From the NCBI RefSeq assembly GCF_009914755.1, contig NC_060932.1: a stretch of 64,000 nt of DNA. One strand, written 5' to 3'. This DNA comes from the human T2T-CHM13v2.0 reference genome, Homo sapiens. Below the pieces are notes generated by a model, which worked only from the letters and a program-made list of their open reading frames with translations, did no database searches and had not been told where the DNA came from. Positions 25,371-39,412 of the stretch are shown piece after piece. Position numbers and translations under genes: made by a program. Each line of letters starts with the position of its first letter. Within the stretch, counting starts at the first letter, position 1.

Positions 25371-26069
25371 GCTGAAAAAATCCCCTTGAAGAATCTCTCT
25401 ATATAATGATAGGGCTTTGGCCCTCCCAAAGGGCTCTTGCTGAAATTTGTTACCTGAGAGGACTTCAGCCTTCTGCAGTGCCTCATCATGTGTCAAGAGG
25501 AAGCCTGAACGAATGCAAGTTAGGCAATTCTGGGCTTTGAGTCTTGCCTCCCTGGAGACCTCTTAAGAAGCAGCCCATTTCACTGTCTAGCTCTGAGAAT
25601 TGAGGCTCTCAGCTGGCATGCCAAGCCTGACCCCTTCCTGGAGCTTTCCAGCAATGGTGGTCAGAGTTCACGGAGTTTAGCCTGCTGCTAGGACTGGCTT
25701 GCACTGGCTGTCCTGCATGTCTTGATTGTTGTCAGATAGGAAGCACACCCCTGTCTCCGTTTAGAATGTTTACTGTAGGTACCCTTCTAAATAAACCATG
25801 CTCTCCCAATAGTCACACTTTTTTTCTCTAAGTTCTTTGATTAGTATCAGTAAACTGCAAATCCAGGATCTTTATGGTAGCTGAAGGGATGGGGACTGTA
25901 CGGAGTCTAATTGTGAAGGTGGCATGTTGCACCTGTTATATTCCTGGTAGGAGGAACCCAGACTTTGACACGAATGCTTAGAAAGTATAACTTGGAAAGA
26001 TTGCTGAAAGAGAACAACACTGGAATCAAAATATCACTTTCCCACAAGTCACAGTTCGTATGTGCTTAA

Positions 26070-26437
<368 letters not shown>

Positions 26438-26676
26438 TTAAAATAAAATTTTCTAACTCAAAAGTAAAAGAACAAAGCTTTAAAAAGAAGCAAGGTCAAC
26501 GTCTGCTCTGATACAAATCCCAAGGAGTTACACTTAAAGATTTGTAAATACGTATACATTCTTGGGGGCTCAACGCATATAATTATTATTAAGACCAAAA
26601 GAATACCAGAAAACAGAAAGATATGGAAGATGAAGAACAGAAATCCAAAATGCAAACTATAAAAGTACCTGAAGGG

Positions 26677-26958
26677 GGCCGGGCGCGGTTGCTCACGCTT
26701 GTAATCCCAGCACTTTGGGAGGCCTATGCGGGCGGATCACGAGGTCAGGAGATAGAGTCCACGGTGAAAGCCCGTCTCTACTAAAAACACAAAAAATTAG
26801 CCGGGCGTGGTGGCGGGCGCCTGTAGTCCCAGGTACTCGGAGAGGCTGAGGCAAGAAAATGGCGTGAACCCAGAAGGCGGAGCTTGCAGTGAGCGGAGAT
26901 TGCGCCACCGCACTCCAGCCTGGTCGACAGAGAGACTCCGCCTCAAAAAAAAAAAAAA
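26677..26958 (+). mobile_element. AluY of the 12-bp-deletion (Yd/Yc3-type) lineage
   Basis: atcctggctaac missing from the left arm (gagtcc^acggtg); gcttgtaa and ctcggagagg variants; 16-bp TSD aaaagtacctgaaggg at 26661 and 26959. Confidence 0.9.
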
Positions 26959-27803
26959 AAAAGTACCTGAAGGGCAAAATTAAAATTAATAATCAAGATA
27001 TAATTTTTTAAGATCCAGAATTTAAAAAAAATTATTAAAAAACTATAAATTAATTTTAAAAAATCACTGCCTCATGTTCAATAAATAAACAGAAACTAAC
27101 TCTGGAAAGTAACTATTAAAATGCTTCAACTTTGAGAATAAAGATTTCACCATTTTAAGCCAAAATTAGAATGTCTTCAGGTTGCTTTACTGCTATCCCA
27201 AGATAATAGAATTAGAGCTTCAGAATTTTTAAGGAAAAAAGTCAGATCTAAGAACGATATACACAGCCAAGCTATGAGTTGTAGGAAAGACAAAAATGTT
27301 CAAATGGTCTATCTTTTAGAAAACCTCCAGAACATCTTCTCTGCAGAGATCACATGGAGTGTTAACCAGCTCACCAAACCCTGGGACAGGAGCATAAGAA
27401 GGAGTCTTTGGAGGGGAAAGCTGATGTAGAAACGCACCCTGGTATCCAGTAAAGTCAAGTTTCCTTTTTTTCTTTTAAAAATAAGCAAATGTTAGTAGAA
27501 AAAGATAGTGAGTTGATATTAACGGAATAAGAGCAAATCGAAGAAAAAAGGAGATTGATATTGCTGAAACATTTAAGTAATGGGAGTAATAATTTAAATA
27601 AAAGTCGGACAAAATAAATAAAAAATAATGAAGGCATAAGTGCCTCATATTAAGAAAATAATGAATAGAAGAAAGGGGGAGCCACAAAGCACAAAAATGT
27701 CTTATCCTCCATAGACAAGATATCACAGTAATTGTGTTTAAATGTATAGACGTAAAGTAATATTAGACTAGAAAATATGTGCCAAAAGTGATTGTGGCTA
27801 ATT

Positions 27804-28025
27804 GTTTTTTGGTTTTTTTTGAGATGGAGTCTTGCTCTGTCGCCAGGCTGGAGTGCAGTGGCGTGATCTCACCTCACTGAAACCTCCGCCTCCCGGGTTC
27901 AAGTGATTCCCCTGCCTCAGCCTCCCGAGTAGCTGGGACTACAGGCGAGCGCCACCACGCCCAGCTAATTTTTTGTATTTTAGTAGAGATGGGGTTTCGC
28001 TGTGTTGGCCAGGATGGTCTCGATC
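27804..28025 (-). mobile_element. 5'-truncated AluSc
   Basis: tgtcgccaggc and ggccaggatggtctcgat; TSD attgtggctaatt at 27791 and 28027. Confidence 0.93.
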
Positions 28026-28866
28026 AATTGTGGCTAATTTTATAGTAATACATTAATGACTACTCCAATTAAGGATGCTTATGGACTCTTTAAAATTAGT
28101 CATAAGTAATGGTAAGTGTAGGACATTAAACTTTCAAATTATTCTAATGTGAAAAAGAAAACAGTACAGTCCATTAACATTCATAATATAAATGAAAAAA
28201 CATAGAAGTTCAACTTTAAAAAACATAAAATAGGAAGATAGAGAATTAACAAAGAACATAAAATTATGTAGAAAACTCATCAAGATATCCTATTTAATTA
28301 TTTAAATCCTTGCATGAACTTAGAGATGCACATAAAGCACAAAGAGAGTCAATAGTCTAAAATGTAATGTGGGCAAATATTATTAATGAGCTTTTGCATG
28401 TAAGAGAAGGAGATCATTATGTTGTGATGGCAGATATAAGTTATTTATAAAAACATAACACTTTTTGGAAAAAAATGATTTGAATGCACCTTAAAATCAA
28501 TAATAAAAAAATACAGACAGCAAAAAAATGTTAAAAACGGAAGAATAAACAAAAAGTCATATTGTATTTGGATATTTTTATTTTTATAAATACACAAAAA
28601 TCTCTAACTTTTAATTAATATTTAAACTGAAATATAATCAGCATTCAAAAGAACATCATAACCAACTACTTATTATTTCAGAAATAGAATTATGATTTAA
28701 TATTTTAAGATCTAATAAAAATACCCACATCAAAAATCTGTACAATCAAATTTATTTGTTCAGCAGATGCTGTAATTAATTGATTTTATTCTCAATGGTG
28801 TACTAATTAAACTCAAAAGCAAAACAAAGACGCCTACGCTATCCTTTTTATTTTAAAATGTATTAG

Positions 28867-29182
<316 letters not shown>

Positions 29183-30160
29183 TAGAGATTTTTAATAATG
29201 CAAAATTTTAGGACAAATAAGAAAAATATGTATTAGAAAGAGACAAATTAATAACTGAAGATGACATGATTTTGTATACCTGAAAAAAAATCCAAAAGAA
29301 TCATGTGAAAACCACCTAAAGTCATAAAATAATTTATGTAGAATAGTTGAAGTTCAAGATAAATTCTGAAAAATCAGTACCACTTCTTTGTGCCGGCAAT
29401 AACTATTTAAATTATATATCATTTCTAAAAAAAGATAGATCCAGATTTCATTTACCATAGGAAGGAAACAATACAACAAGTAAATTTAATGAAAGAAATT
29501 TAGAAAGTGTATTTTGAAAGTCTAAATATTACTGTATTTTTAAAATTTTAAATATATAAGGAGATTTATCATCTAGGTTTACAGTATTCTTAAAAATTAG
29601 AAAACTTAATTTTTCCACCCATATTATTTTTCAGTTGAACACAGTATCAATATAGTTATGGAATTTAGGAAACACTGATAGTTCACAAGGAAAAATCTAC
29701 ATGTGAGGATGACAAAAAAACTGAAAAAATGCACAGTAAGGATATTTCCTTCTATTAGTTACTAAAACTTATCATAAAGAAATAATAATTCAAACAGAGA
29801 GGTGTTAAAGGAAAACAAAAACTATTCAATGAAACAAGAGTCCAGAAATAGACCCTGTTATCTATAAAAACTCAATAGTTGATAAAGTAAGCTTTCTAAA
29901 ATAATCATAAAATAATTTTTAATAAATGATTTAAAATTCAGATATATATATATACATTTTAGAGGAAAATATATTAGCAATATGTCTTACAGCATATACC
30001 AGAATAAATTGCAAATAGAATTAAAGAGTTAAGTAGAAAATGATGAACTGAGTCCACACAAAAGTGTTAATAGAGCTCACTGCCACCACCACCACCACCA
30101 CCACAACCAGGATAACGAGACTTAAAAGTTATAGACAAGATAAATGTTTATATAACAAAA

Positions 30161-30642
30161 TGTGCTAGATTGTAAAAATGGCCACAGTTTTTTGTAGTTC
30201 TTCTCATCAACAAGTGGAGTCTATTTCTCCACTACTTGAATCTGGACTTACTTTGAAACTTTCTTTGATCAGTAGAATGCCATGGAAGTCATATTGTGCA
30301 AGTTCTAAGCTTGGGCCTCATGATGCCTTAAATGCATGCTTCTTCTTTTTCTCTTGAAACCTCTGTTACTGTTGCCATATGAGCAAGTACAGACTTGGCC
30401 TGCTGGATGGTAGGACATCACGTAGGGCAGAGACAAGCCATTCCAGCTGAACCATCTCAGACCAGACAACCCCAGCTAACCAGGCAGCTGCCAGCAAATG
30501 TTTGAGTGAGTTTAGTCAGCCATAATTGGCCCAGCCACCCAGCTAAGCCAGCCCAAACTGCTGACCCATGAACTAAGTAAGTGTTAAGGCTCTAAGCTAC
30601 TAAGTGTTGAGCCGGTCTGTTACACAACAATAAATAACATAT
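30161..30642 (+). mobile_element. MLT1F/G/H-type MaLR LTR
   Basis: tgtgctagattgtaaaaatggccac...gtggagtctatttctccactacttgaatctgg...tgttacacaacaataaataac. Confidence 0.8.
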
Positions 30643-31044
30643 TCTGAGTACTCAAACATAAGAGAGAAAACTATCAGTGCAGTATCCTTGAGAAACAGAT
30701 GGGATTTATTATACAGAGAAAAGATCACTCAGAATATGTGCAAGAATTCTCAGAAGAGGATTATATTAAATGATGAGAAGAGCATGATAGCTCACATCCG
30801 AGGAGAAAGCTGAGATTAGGAAGAAGCATGGGGCAAATGAGTATTGAATTCATTGGGATACAGACATGACTATAGGAAGGCTAAATGACCTCTGCATATT
30901 TTCCCCCAATCCCAGAAGCTAGTTAGTATAAAAAGAATGAATGTCTCCTGTGATAGTAGTCATGTTTAGGGCAGAGGGATTGAGCAATACCTCACATGGC
31001 TAGTTTTGTCTGAAAGTAACAGAGGGTATCCAAGACCAAAAGAG

Positions 31045-31730
31045 ATGCAAAGTATGCTCTCTGACTACAATGGAATTAAATGAGAAATCAATAACAGAAA
31101 GATAGCTGGAAGATACCAAAATAATTGAAGATTAAACAACACACTTCTATATAACACAGGGGCCAAAGAGCAAGTCCTAAGAGGAATTTGAGAATATTTG
31201 GAACTAAATAAAAATAAAAGTGCTAATCATAAAAATTTGGTGGATGCAAAAAAAAGCAATGTTTAAAGTGAAATTTGTAGCACTGAATGCATATATTATA
31301 AAAGAATAAAGATCTAAAATCAATAATCTAAATGTCCACCTTATGAAACTAGAACAGGAAAAGCAAACCAAATCCAAAGTAAACAGATGAAAAGAAATAA
31401 AAATTACAGCAGAAAGCAATGGAATTTAAAATAGGAGATCAATAGAGGAAATCAATGAAGCCAAAAGCTGATTCTTTGAAAGGATCAATAAAATTGATAA
31501 ACCTCTAGCCAGTCTAACTAAGGAAGAAAAGAGAAAACATTAATTAATAATATAAGAAATAAAAAAGATCCTCATTACTGATCGTATGGACATTGAAAGG
31601 ACAGTAAAGGAATATTATGAATAACTCTATGCCCCCAAATTTGATAACTTAGTTGAAATTGGTCAATTCCTTATAATACACAATCTACCAAAACTCAGAC
31701 AAGGACAAATAGATAACCTGGATAGATAAA
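31045..31730 (+). mobile_element. L1M ORF2 fragment (post-endonuclease region)
   Basis: ctctgactacaatggaattaaa...aaagctgattctttgaaaggatcaataaaattgataaacctctagccag. Confidence 0.85.
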
Positions 31731-31889
31731 CTAGATATCTACATATCTATATCTATATACATATACATATAGGAAGAGGTTAAAAAAAAAATTTACAACC
31801 ATTGACCCAGTAATTCTTCTTTGGAAAATTAATATTTTAGGAAGAAATTCAACATAATACAATATAATATAATATAAACTTATGTGGTT

Positions 31890-34800
31890 ACTTCTATGTC
31901 CAGACAAGATGCAGCAACAAAGGATAGATTTCTTCTATCTTAAGTGAGCATACAACTGGACAAAATATATGAAAAACAATTTTCAGACATAGGACCACAG
32001 CCAGTGCAGTAATTCTGAAAAAAAAAAAACAAAAAAAAAAAACCAGTATGCCTTACAATTATACCAACTTACAGCCCAGAGACAGTCTCCAGGACACAGT
32101 ACCAAAATGGGTACTCTGAACAGAGCTTAATGTTTTTGCTAAGCTGGGAAGAGAAAGATTGGACTTTTGGGAGGGCAAGGACAAGTTAGAATTTGTAGGA
32201 CAGAATACTGGAGAAAAGAGAGATTTTTCAAAAAGAGAGCATTCCAAAGATATAAAAGCAGGTCCACTTGAGTCTTTGACTCACCTGGTCTGTCTTTGTG
32301 TGACAGAAAACTAAATGAGGCAGGAAAATATAACCTGTAACCAGGAAAAAAACTCAATCATAGAAACATACAAAGAAATTAAAGAGATGATGGAATTAAC
32401 CAATGAGGGCCTCAAAACAGAATACATTGTTAAATGACCATAATAAAAAATAATGGAATATATAAAAAAGAGTTTCTAGAGATAAAAATTACAATATCTG
32501 GAGCTAAAAATACATTGGATAAAAAACACTACAGAATAAAAATTCAATGTGCTTGAATACATAGTAATAGAAATTATTTTTTAAATGTAAAGAGAGAAAT
32601 AAACAATGAAAAAGTAAACAGAACACCGATATCCTTGGGGATATTATCAAGTTATCTAAGATACACATAATCGAAGCCCAAAAGGGGAAAGAAACAGAAA
32701 TATTTTTAAAGAACAGCTAAAATTATTCCAAATTTGATTAAAATTATAGTCTCACAGATCTAAGAAGTTAAAGAAAAACCCAAGCAAAAGAAACAAAGAA
32801 ACCACACCAAGGCACATTATAATCAAATCAGTAAAAGTAAATTAAGGAGAATATCTTAAAAGCAGCTGGTAGAAAAGAAGACACAAAGATAAGAATGACA
32901 GACAACTTCTCATCAGAAACTATGCAATATAGACCACGATTAAAATGATTAACATCTTTAGATGTTAATCTGGACTCTAAAAATGATTACCATCTTTAGG
33001 GTCCAAAAAGAAAAAATAGTTAGCCTAGAATTCTTTACTCAGTGAAAATATCTTTCAAAAGTGAAGACAAAGTAAAAACTTCTCAGACAAGAAACAGCAA
33101 AGAGAATTAATCACTATCAGACCGAAACTACAAAAAATATCAAAGGAAATTCTTCAGGCAAAAACAAAAGGAAAATAATACCAGAAGGAAATATAGGACT
33201 ATACAAAGAAATGAATAATTGAATACTAACAAAAGATTAATATGTGCGCATATATATATATATAACAATTTTTCTCATTTTTCGTCCTTAATTGACTGTT
33301 ACTATACTACTGAAGAAAACAATCACATACTCAAAAGTGTAGCTAACAAGCAAATATTAGATATAACATAAAAGCTTAAAACAAGCTTAATCTAAAGGAG
33401 GCAGGAAAAGAGAGGGGAGACAACAAAGAACAAAAGGATAAACAGAAAAGCAAAAGCAGGGTGGTAGATTTAAACCTAACCAATCAATGATTATCTTAAA
33501 CAAATTAAGTCTAATTGACCCATTTAAAAACCATAGATTGTTAGATTGGATTAAAAAGCAAGAGCACTTTAAATTTTAAAACACAGATCAAAAGTGAAAA
33601 GATCTGTGGTCCATTTGGGGTTAATTTTTGTGTATGGTGTCAGGTAAAAGTATGTGGTTTGTTTGCTTGTTTCTTGCATGTGGATATCCAACATTGTTGA
33701 AAAGACTATCCATTCCTCACTTTGAAGGCTTTGGAAACTTTGTTGAAAGAAATCAATCGATCATAAAGTTAAGAGTTTATTTTTGGACTCCGTTCTGTTC
33801 CATTGACTTACATGTTTTTCCTTGGGCCAATGTTGTACTTTGCTGTGGCTTTCTAGGTGGTCTTGGAGTTGGATAGCATAAGTCCTCCACCTCTGTTCTT
33901 TCCAAAATTGTTTAGCTAATCTGGGTCCCTTGCATTCTCATGTAAATTTTTGAATCAATTTGTCAGCTTCTTCAAAGGAATCTGCTAAGATTTTAATAAG
34001 AGTTGTGTTAAATATGTAAATCAATTTGAGGAAAATTGCTGTCTTCACAGTATCAAGGCTTCCAATTCATGAACATGAAATGTATCTCCATTTATTTAAA
34101 TCTTCATTGTTTTCTCAGCAATATTTTGTAGTTTTCAATTGCTAGTCATGTACTTCTTTTATTAAAGTTATTTCTAAGTATTTTATTCTCTTTGACAATA
34201 TAATGAATGAAATAATATTCTTAAATTCATTTTCAGATTGTTCATTCCTCACATATAAAAACATAATTGAATTTTGTATCTTAAGCAATCTCTCTGTATT
34301 CGCTTATTAGTTCTATTGGGGGCTTTTGTTGTTGCTGCTGCTGTTATTGTTGTCAACTACATTCAAAACCACGTCATCTGCAAATAGTTTCACTGTTTTT
34401 CAAAAAAAAAAAAACTGGAGGAAGAGATATCATGCAAACACTAAGCTAGAGTGACTATATTGATATCAGACAAAGTAGACTTTAAGACAAAAAAAGTCTT
34501 ACAATGGGAAAGATGGATATTTTATAATGATAAAAACAAGACTATATGGTAACATTAAATGAGTAAACCTAATTATAGAACTTCAAAATTTATTAATTAA
34601 AATCTAATAGAGTTGAAAGTAGAAGTAGACAAGTCCTTAATTGTAGCTGGAAATTTAAACAATTTTCTCCCAGTAATTGATAAAACAGGTAGACAGAAAA
34701 TCAGTAAGGACATATAAGATGTAAAAATTGTTATCAAACAACTCAACCTAATTGATATTTATAGAACATTTCATCCAATAACAGCTTAAAACACATTTTT

Positions 34801-35740
34801 GAGTGTGCAGGAAATATTTACTAAAATAGATCATATTCTGTACTACAAAGCAGACATCAGTAAAGTTAAAATACTTGAAATTATAAAATGCATATTCTCT
34901 GACCACAGAGAAATAAAACAAGAAATCAATAACAGAAAGGTATATGAAAAATCCCCAAATATTTGGATCTTAATAACACACTTCTAAATAACTGATGGGT
35001 TAAAGAAGAAAGCACAAGATAAATTATTTTGAAATGAGTCAAAATGAAAACACATCAAAGTTTGTGGGATAAAGTAAGACAGTCCTTGGAAGGGCAATTT
35101 ATAATATTTAGTGCTTATCTTAGAAAAGAAAAATCTTAAATCAATGATCTCAACTTCTACCTTATGAAAGTAGAAGAAAAGCCAGTGAAATCTAAAATAA
35201 GCTAAATAAAGATAAGAACAGAAATTAATGAAATAGAAAACAGAGAAACAATAAAGAAATATTAATGTAACCAAAATCCACCTCTTTGAAAAGACTAATA
35301 ATTGATAAAACTCTAGACAGATTGACCAGAAAAAGAGGGACTCATAGATATCATTCAGATATTTAAAGAAATATTGTGAACTTTATGCCAATTAACTCAA
35401 CCATTGGGTAAAATAGATTTATTGAATGACACTGATTACCAAAACTGACACAAAAAGAAATAAAAAATCTGAAGAGTCCTCTATAATTTAAATGATTGGA
35501 TTTGTTATTTAAAAGCCTTCCCAGAATGATACCTTCAAGCCCAAATAGCTTCACTGGCAAATTCTACCACACATTTGGAACTAGTAATATCAGTTACATT
35601 AATTCTTTCAGAGAATAGAAAAGGAAAGAATATTCTCCAACTCCTTTTATGAGGCCAGCATTACCCTGATAGCAAAAAATAAAAACATTACAATGAAAGA
35701 AAATTATATACCAACATGCCTTATGAAAATAAACACAAAG
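31890..35740 (+). mobile_element. L1MC/MD/ME-type element: 5' UTR, ORF1 and ORF2 5' part, interrupted at 33603-34400
   Basis: ORF1 remnants (ccacaccaaggcacattataatcaaa; gacaacttctcatcagaaactatgc); EN remnants (tcagacaaagtagactttaag; tctgaccac); ends near the YRPISL-like motif. Confidence 0.85.
33603..34400 (-). mobile_element. Inverted L1M ORF2 internal fragment
   Basis: Reverse strand runs from ctatttgcagatgac (FADD) to accatacacaaaaattaaccccaaatgg; no 3' UTR or polyA. Confidence 0.85.
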
Positions 35741-35789
35741 TTACTGAATAGGAACGGGAGTCAGTGCATGACTTAGGCTGAAACAACAG

Positions 35790-36300
35790 GATGCTGCCCT
35801 CCAGGACTTTGATTCTGACAAGAGTTGACATAATAAAGCAGGGATAATTAGAAGATATTTGTCCAACTACAGAGAAGTGACAGAGGCAACAAATGCCCAG
35901 CCACAGTGCTGGTGAGTACTCCCGAGTCAGACTCTTCCTGGAAGAAGGCATTGGCTGCTCTCTGTGGCCACGTTTCTCTTGATCCTTGCCCATTGTCTAG
36001 TTTAGTGTTTTAACTTTTGATCAATTTTGTGGACTATCCAAAGGCCTTTCCGTAAATGCACTTCTGCTAAATTTAGCAACTAAAAACCTGAACAGTAAAT
36101 CAAGTTCTGCTAAAACTTTTACAACTAAGAACCTGGACTAGTATAGAAATTGGTAGCAAAGAGTGACTTACACAGGCCCCCACAGAAATGGAGGGACTTT
36201 AGGATTGGAAAACTGACCTTATTGGGATGAAGGCTGTGAAAATTTAATTAGTATTCTGGGATAATAATCTAGCATAACAGTTCATTAAATTATCACCTAT
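35790..36300 (+). mobile_element. Old MaLR/ERVL LTR 3' part plus start of internal sequence
   Basis: LTR-like end caactaagaacctggactagtata followed by the internal start gaaattggtagc. Confidence 0.45.
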
Positions 36301-37211
36301 GGTCATCAGAAAAGAAGAGTTCATTCAATCTAAGGCGTTGTTCAAAAAATATTTTCAGGGCTCCCCCTCTCCAATTTCTCAGATTCCCTCTGCATTGGCC
36401 TTATTATTAGAATCTATCCATGTATATTTACAGATAGCTATAATCAGCTGTAGATTTACAGGCTTTGAAGTCACAATATCTGAAAGAAAGAGACCTCTCT
36501 CCTCTCTCACTATAAACATTTATGCAAATCTTTTTAAAAAAGACTCCAGTCATGCGTGGAATCTATGGCCACCTGGGCTTCACCATGGTGTCCATAGATA
36601 TAGGATGCACTTACTGTCCAGCCTGTATCATGTGCCAAATCCTGTGGCAGAGAAGACAGAGTCTTTTGATTGACAGCCCCACCTTATTAATATGCAGTGG
36701 AGGAGAAATGTTCCCAAAATCAAAGAATGTTGGACAAACAAAAAGCAATCATTGACCGCTACCGAGAGAAAAGGCAAAGATGAAGAAAAGACATGAAGTG
36801 ATCTATGGATAAGAGTCCCCTTTGAGAAAGTTGGAGGGGATGGACTCAAGAGTCCAGGTGGAGGGACTGACTTCAGATCAGAAGGGGACGTGTCCTTTCT
36901 CTACTGTATATATGTACTAAGCTGCCTCAAATTCTTAACTAATTAAAAGTAATAGTATCTGTGACATAATTGACAGTGCAAGGCCATTGTGTCCTTAAAC
37001 ATAAACCAGTTTAAGCAACTAGCACTTTAGCTATTTGCACCCTTGCTGATCAACCGTTAATATGACAATATTTACATTACTAATAAAATTTCTGTTACGT
37101 TAAAAATATGAACCATAGGATACCCATTTGGCATATTTGTTTACCATTTTTAGTAGTCCTATGTGCTAGATTATAAAAACAATGAAATTTATAGGTTGAC
37201 TATAGAGGCCA

Positions 37212-37390
37212 AATGTATAATGGTCAAGAGTGCAGATTTGGAAACAAGCAGAACTGAGTTTGAATACTGGCTACACCGCTTGTCACTTACGTGACCCTAG
37301 GAAAGTTACTTAATGTTGAAGTCATGTAAAATGTTCTGCAGAGGTCCTAGAACCCATTAAGTTCTTAGTAATATGTGTTATCTATGGTTA
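37212..37390 (+). mobile_element. MIR
   Basis: taatggtcaagagtgcagatttgg...ctgagtttgaatactggct...gtgaccctaggaaagttacttaa. Confidence 0.8.
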
Positions 37391-37899
37391 TTTATCATGA
37401 CTGTAAAACATGAAAGCCCATTCATTTAATGTATCACCCTCAACTTCTCATCATTCAGATTCTTTTCTAATTCAGTCAGAATCAGTAAGGTTTGACTGTA
37501 CATATATAAAATAATGTATAAATATTGAAATACAGGGTCACATAAGCAACTGATCATTGTGCTTTTTATTTCATCTTTTTTTTTTTTTTAAGAAAAAAAT
37601 CCTCTAGATTTTCCTCACCCAGAAATTCTTCCTAGACAGCCCCTTTAAGAACTGTAGCTCTTTCAGGATTCTTCATTATACTGAAAGAATTTAACCTTAT
37701 TTATGTTGTCCAGTCAAAAACTTGGTAGTTCACTTTTAAGAGCATGTTTTCTAAACATCTCTGGTAAATGGAAATTTTGACTTTATGCCCGGGACACCCT
37801 GAGAGCTGCTCCTACAGAAAAAAAGCTAATAGGATAATAAATCCCAAGTCCTTTTTTAATTTTTTTTTCTCTCTGAACAAGAGTTGTTTTAGTTAAACT

Positions 37900-38200
37900 T
37901 GCATTCGCTTTTCTCTGAACGCTGCCCCCGCTCTCCTCGGACCATTGTGTTTAGTACAGGACTTTTGACTTAGCCATCATTACTCACACTTTACTGATTT
38001 TACTTTAAACACTGTTGGCTAAAACGACAATTTATCAAGACTGTTTTGCCTAGCAGTTGGGGATAATTTATTTTCCCGTTGAAGGGTTTGATATTTATTA
38101 GCGCGGCAGCGGGCCGGTCAGCAGAGATCCACACTCCAGGGGACAGGCTCTGAGACCAGCTTCATGGCCTCTGCTCCGCCCTCTCCCGCTCCCACGCTCC
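37900..38200 (+). promoter_or_regulatory. Candidate promoter (TATA-like element followed by a CpG/GC-rich stretch)
   Basis: Repeat-free; atatttatta at 38091-38100 directly followed by gcgcggcagcgggccgg; GC box ctccgccc near 38174; local CpG enrichment. Confidence 0.5.
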
Positions 38201-38507
38201 TAAGGCAATTCCGAGCTGGTGCCTGAGGATGCTGAGGGGAGAGACAACTGTGGGGCTCTTTCTTTTGGGAAAGGGAAGCTCAGGGTGTTCTGCTTCCCTC
38301 CGCTAGGAAGCTGGACCCACAGCTGTGAAGATGCATAGCCAGCAATCCCAGGGGGAGAGGTGAGCCCCCAAATCCTCTCCTCATCGGTAGATTCTCCGAG
38401 ATCCCTGGTGTGCAGATGAGAACTCATCACAGAAATATGTGTATCTGTACAGAGAACTCGCTCAACTTCAGAAGCCAAACAGCATCTGGTTACAAGAGAT
38501 TACTCAG
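38120..38507 (+). other. Candidate first exon (5' UTR or lncRNA)
   Basis: Consensus donor CAG|GTAAGT at 38507/38508; alternative GAG|GTGAGC at 38359/38360; start position is a guess from the TATA-like element. Confidence 0.4.
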
Positions 38508-38664
38508 GTAAGTTGGGGGCTCTTTGAGAAGTGGAGAATCCCAGACCTCTAATGCCAACGGGAAACACTGCATCTTTGTAGTGCAGTCAGAGTGCCTGGC
38601 AAAGGTAGGCTTTTAGTAATAATTTACTGTTGAGGCAAATGAATAACTGAAAGAAAGGAATTTG

Positions 38665-38870
38665 GGTTTACTGTGTGCCTGGCACGGTACTAGATTTACA
38701 TACCTCATTTTTGTTTCATCCTTCCAATAACCCCAAGGATGAGTATTGGTTTCCAATGGGCTCTGGGAATTTCTGTAAATTGCCTATATTTGACAGCGAA
38801 TAAGTGGGAGAACCTGGGAACAAACCCAGATCTGTCTGAAACCATGCCCTTCCGATGCTTCATACCACTT
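38665..38870 (-). mobile_element. MIR
   Basis: tactgtgtgcctggcacggtacta...catccttccaataacccc...caaacccagatctgtctga. Confidence 0.65.
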
Positions 38871-39309
38871 CCCTACCAAAGGAAGGCCGTGGAAAGCTGG
38901 CCCGGACATACAAATGTGGTGCCTGGAGTTCCCTCCACTGGAGTCATTCCTTCAATTAGGGCATTATCTGTAACAGAAATATGTTATCTAAGTAATCCAT
39001 TAGCAGTCAGGCCACATTAGCAGGAAGGGATTTTAAATTTTTTGCTTTTCCAGAATAGAAGGAACGGGACATGGCACAGCTAAATTTTGATGTTTCAAGT
39101 TCACACACTTGTGGTGTTGAGAGTGTAAGGAGGAACCGACTTAGAAAATGCCGTTGTGTGTGGGTCTGCCATACACAAGAGTGATAGCATATGAAAACAC
39201 ACACCTGCAGGAGGATGAAGGGAAGGAGAAGGTAGATGGGCTTTCATGCCCCCATCACAGCTGATGCACCAAGCTTCAGGTGCTGGGAGATCCGAGGTCT
39301 TAGAAGTTT

Positions 39310-39412
39310 CCAAATATTTGTGGTAGGCCCACTATGTGCTAGGCATTGTGCTGAAACTAAGGTTATAAAACTAGATCAGATAGAGTCCCCGTGCCTGAGG
39401 AGTTTATATTTG
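39310..39412 (-). mobile_element. L2 3' end
   Basis: caaatatttg...cactatgtgctaggcattgtgct. Confidence 0.65.

Noticed and set aside
36540-36680. Minus-strand exon with a GTAAGT donor near 36614
   Set aside because: The surrounding sequence resembles a decayed L2 tail and no acceptor or coding frame supports it.
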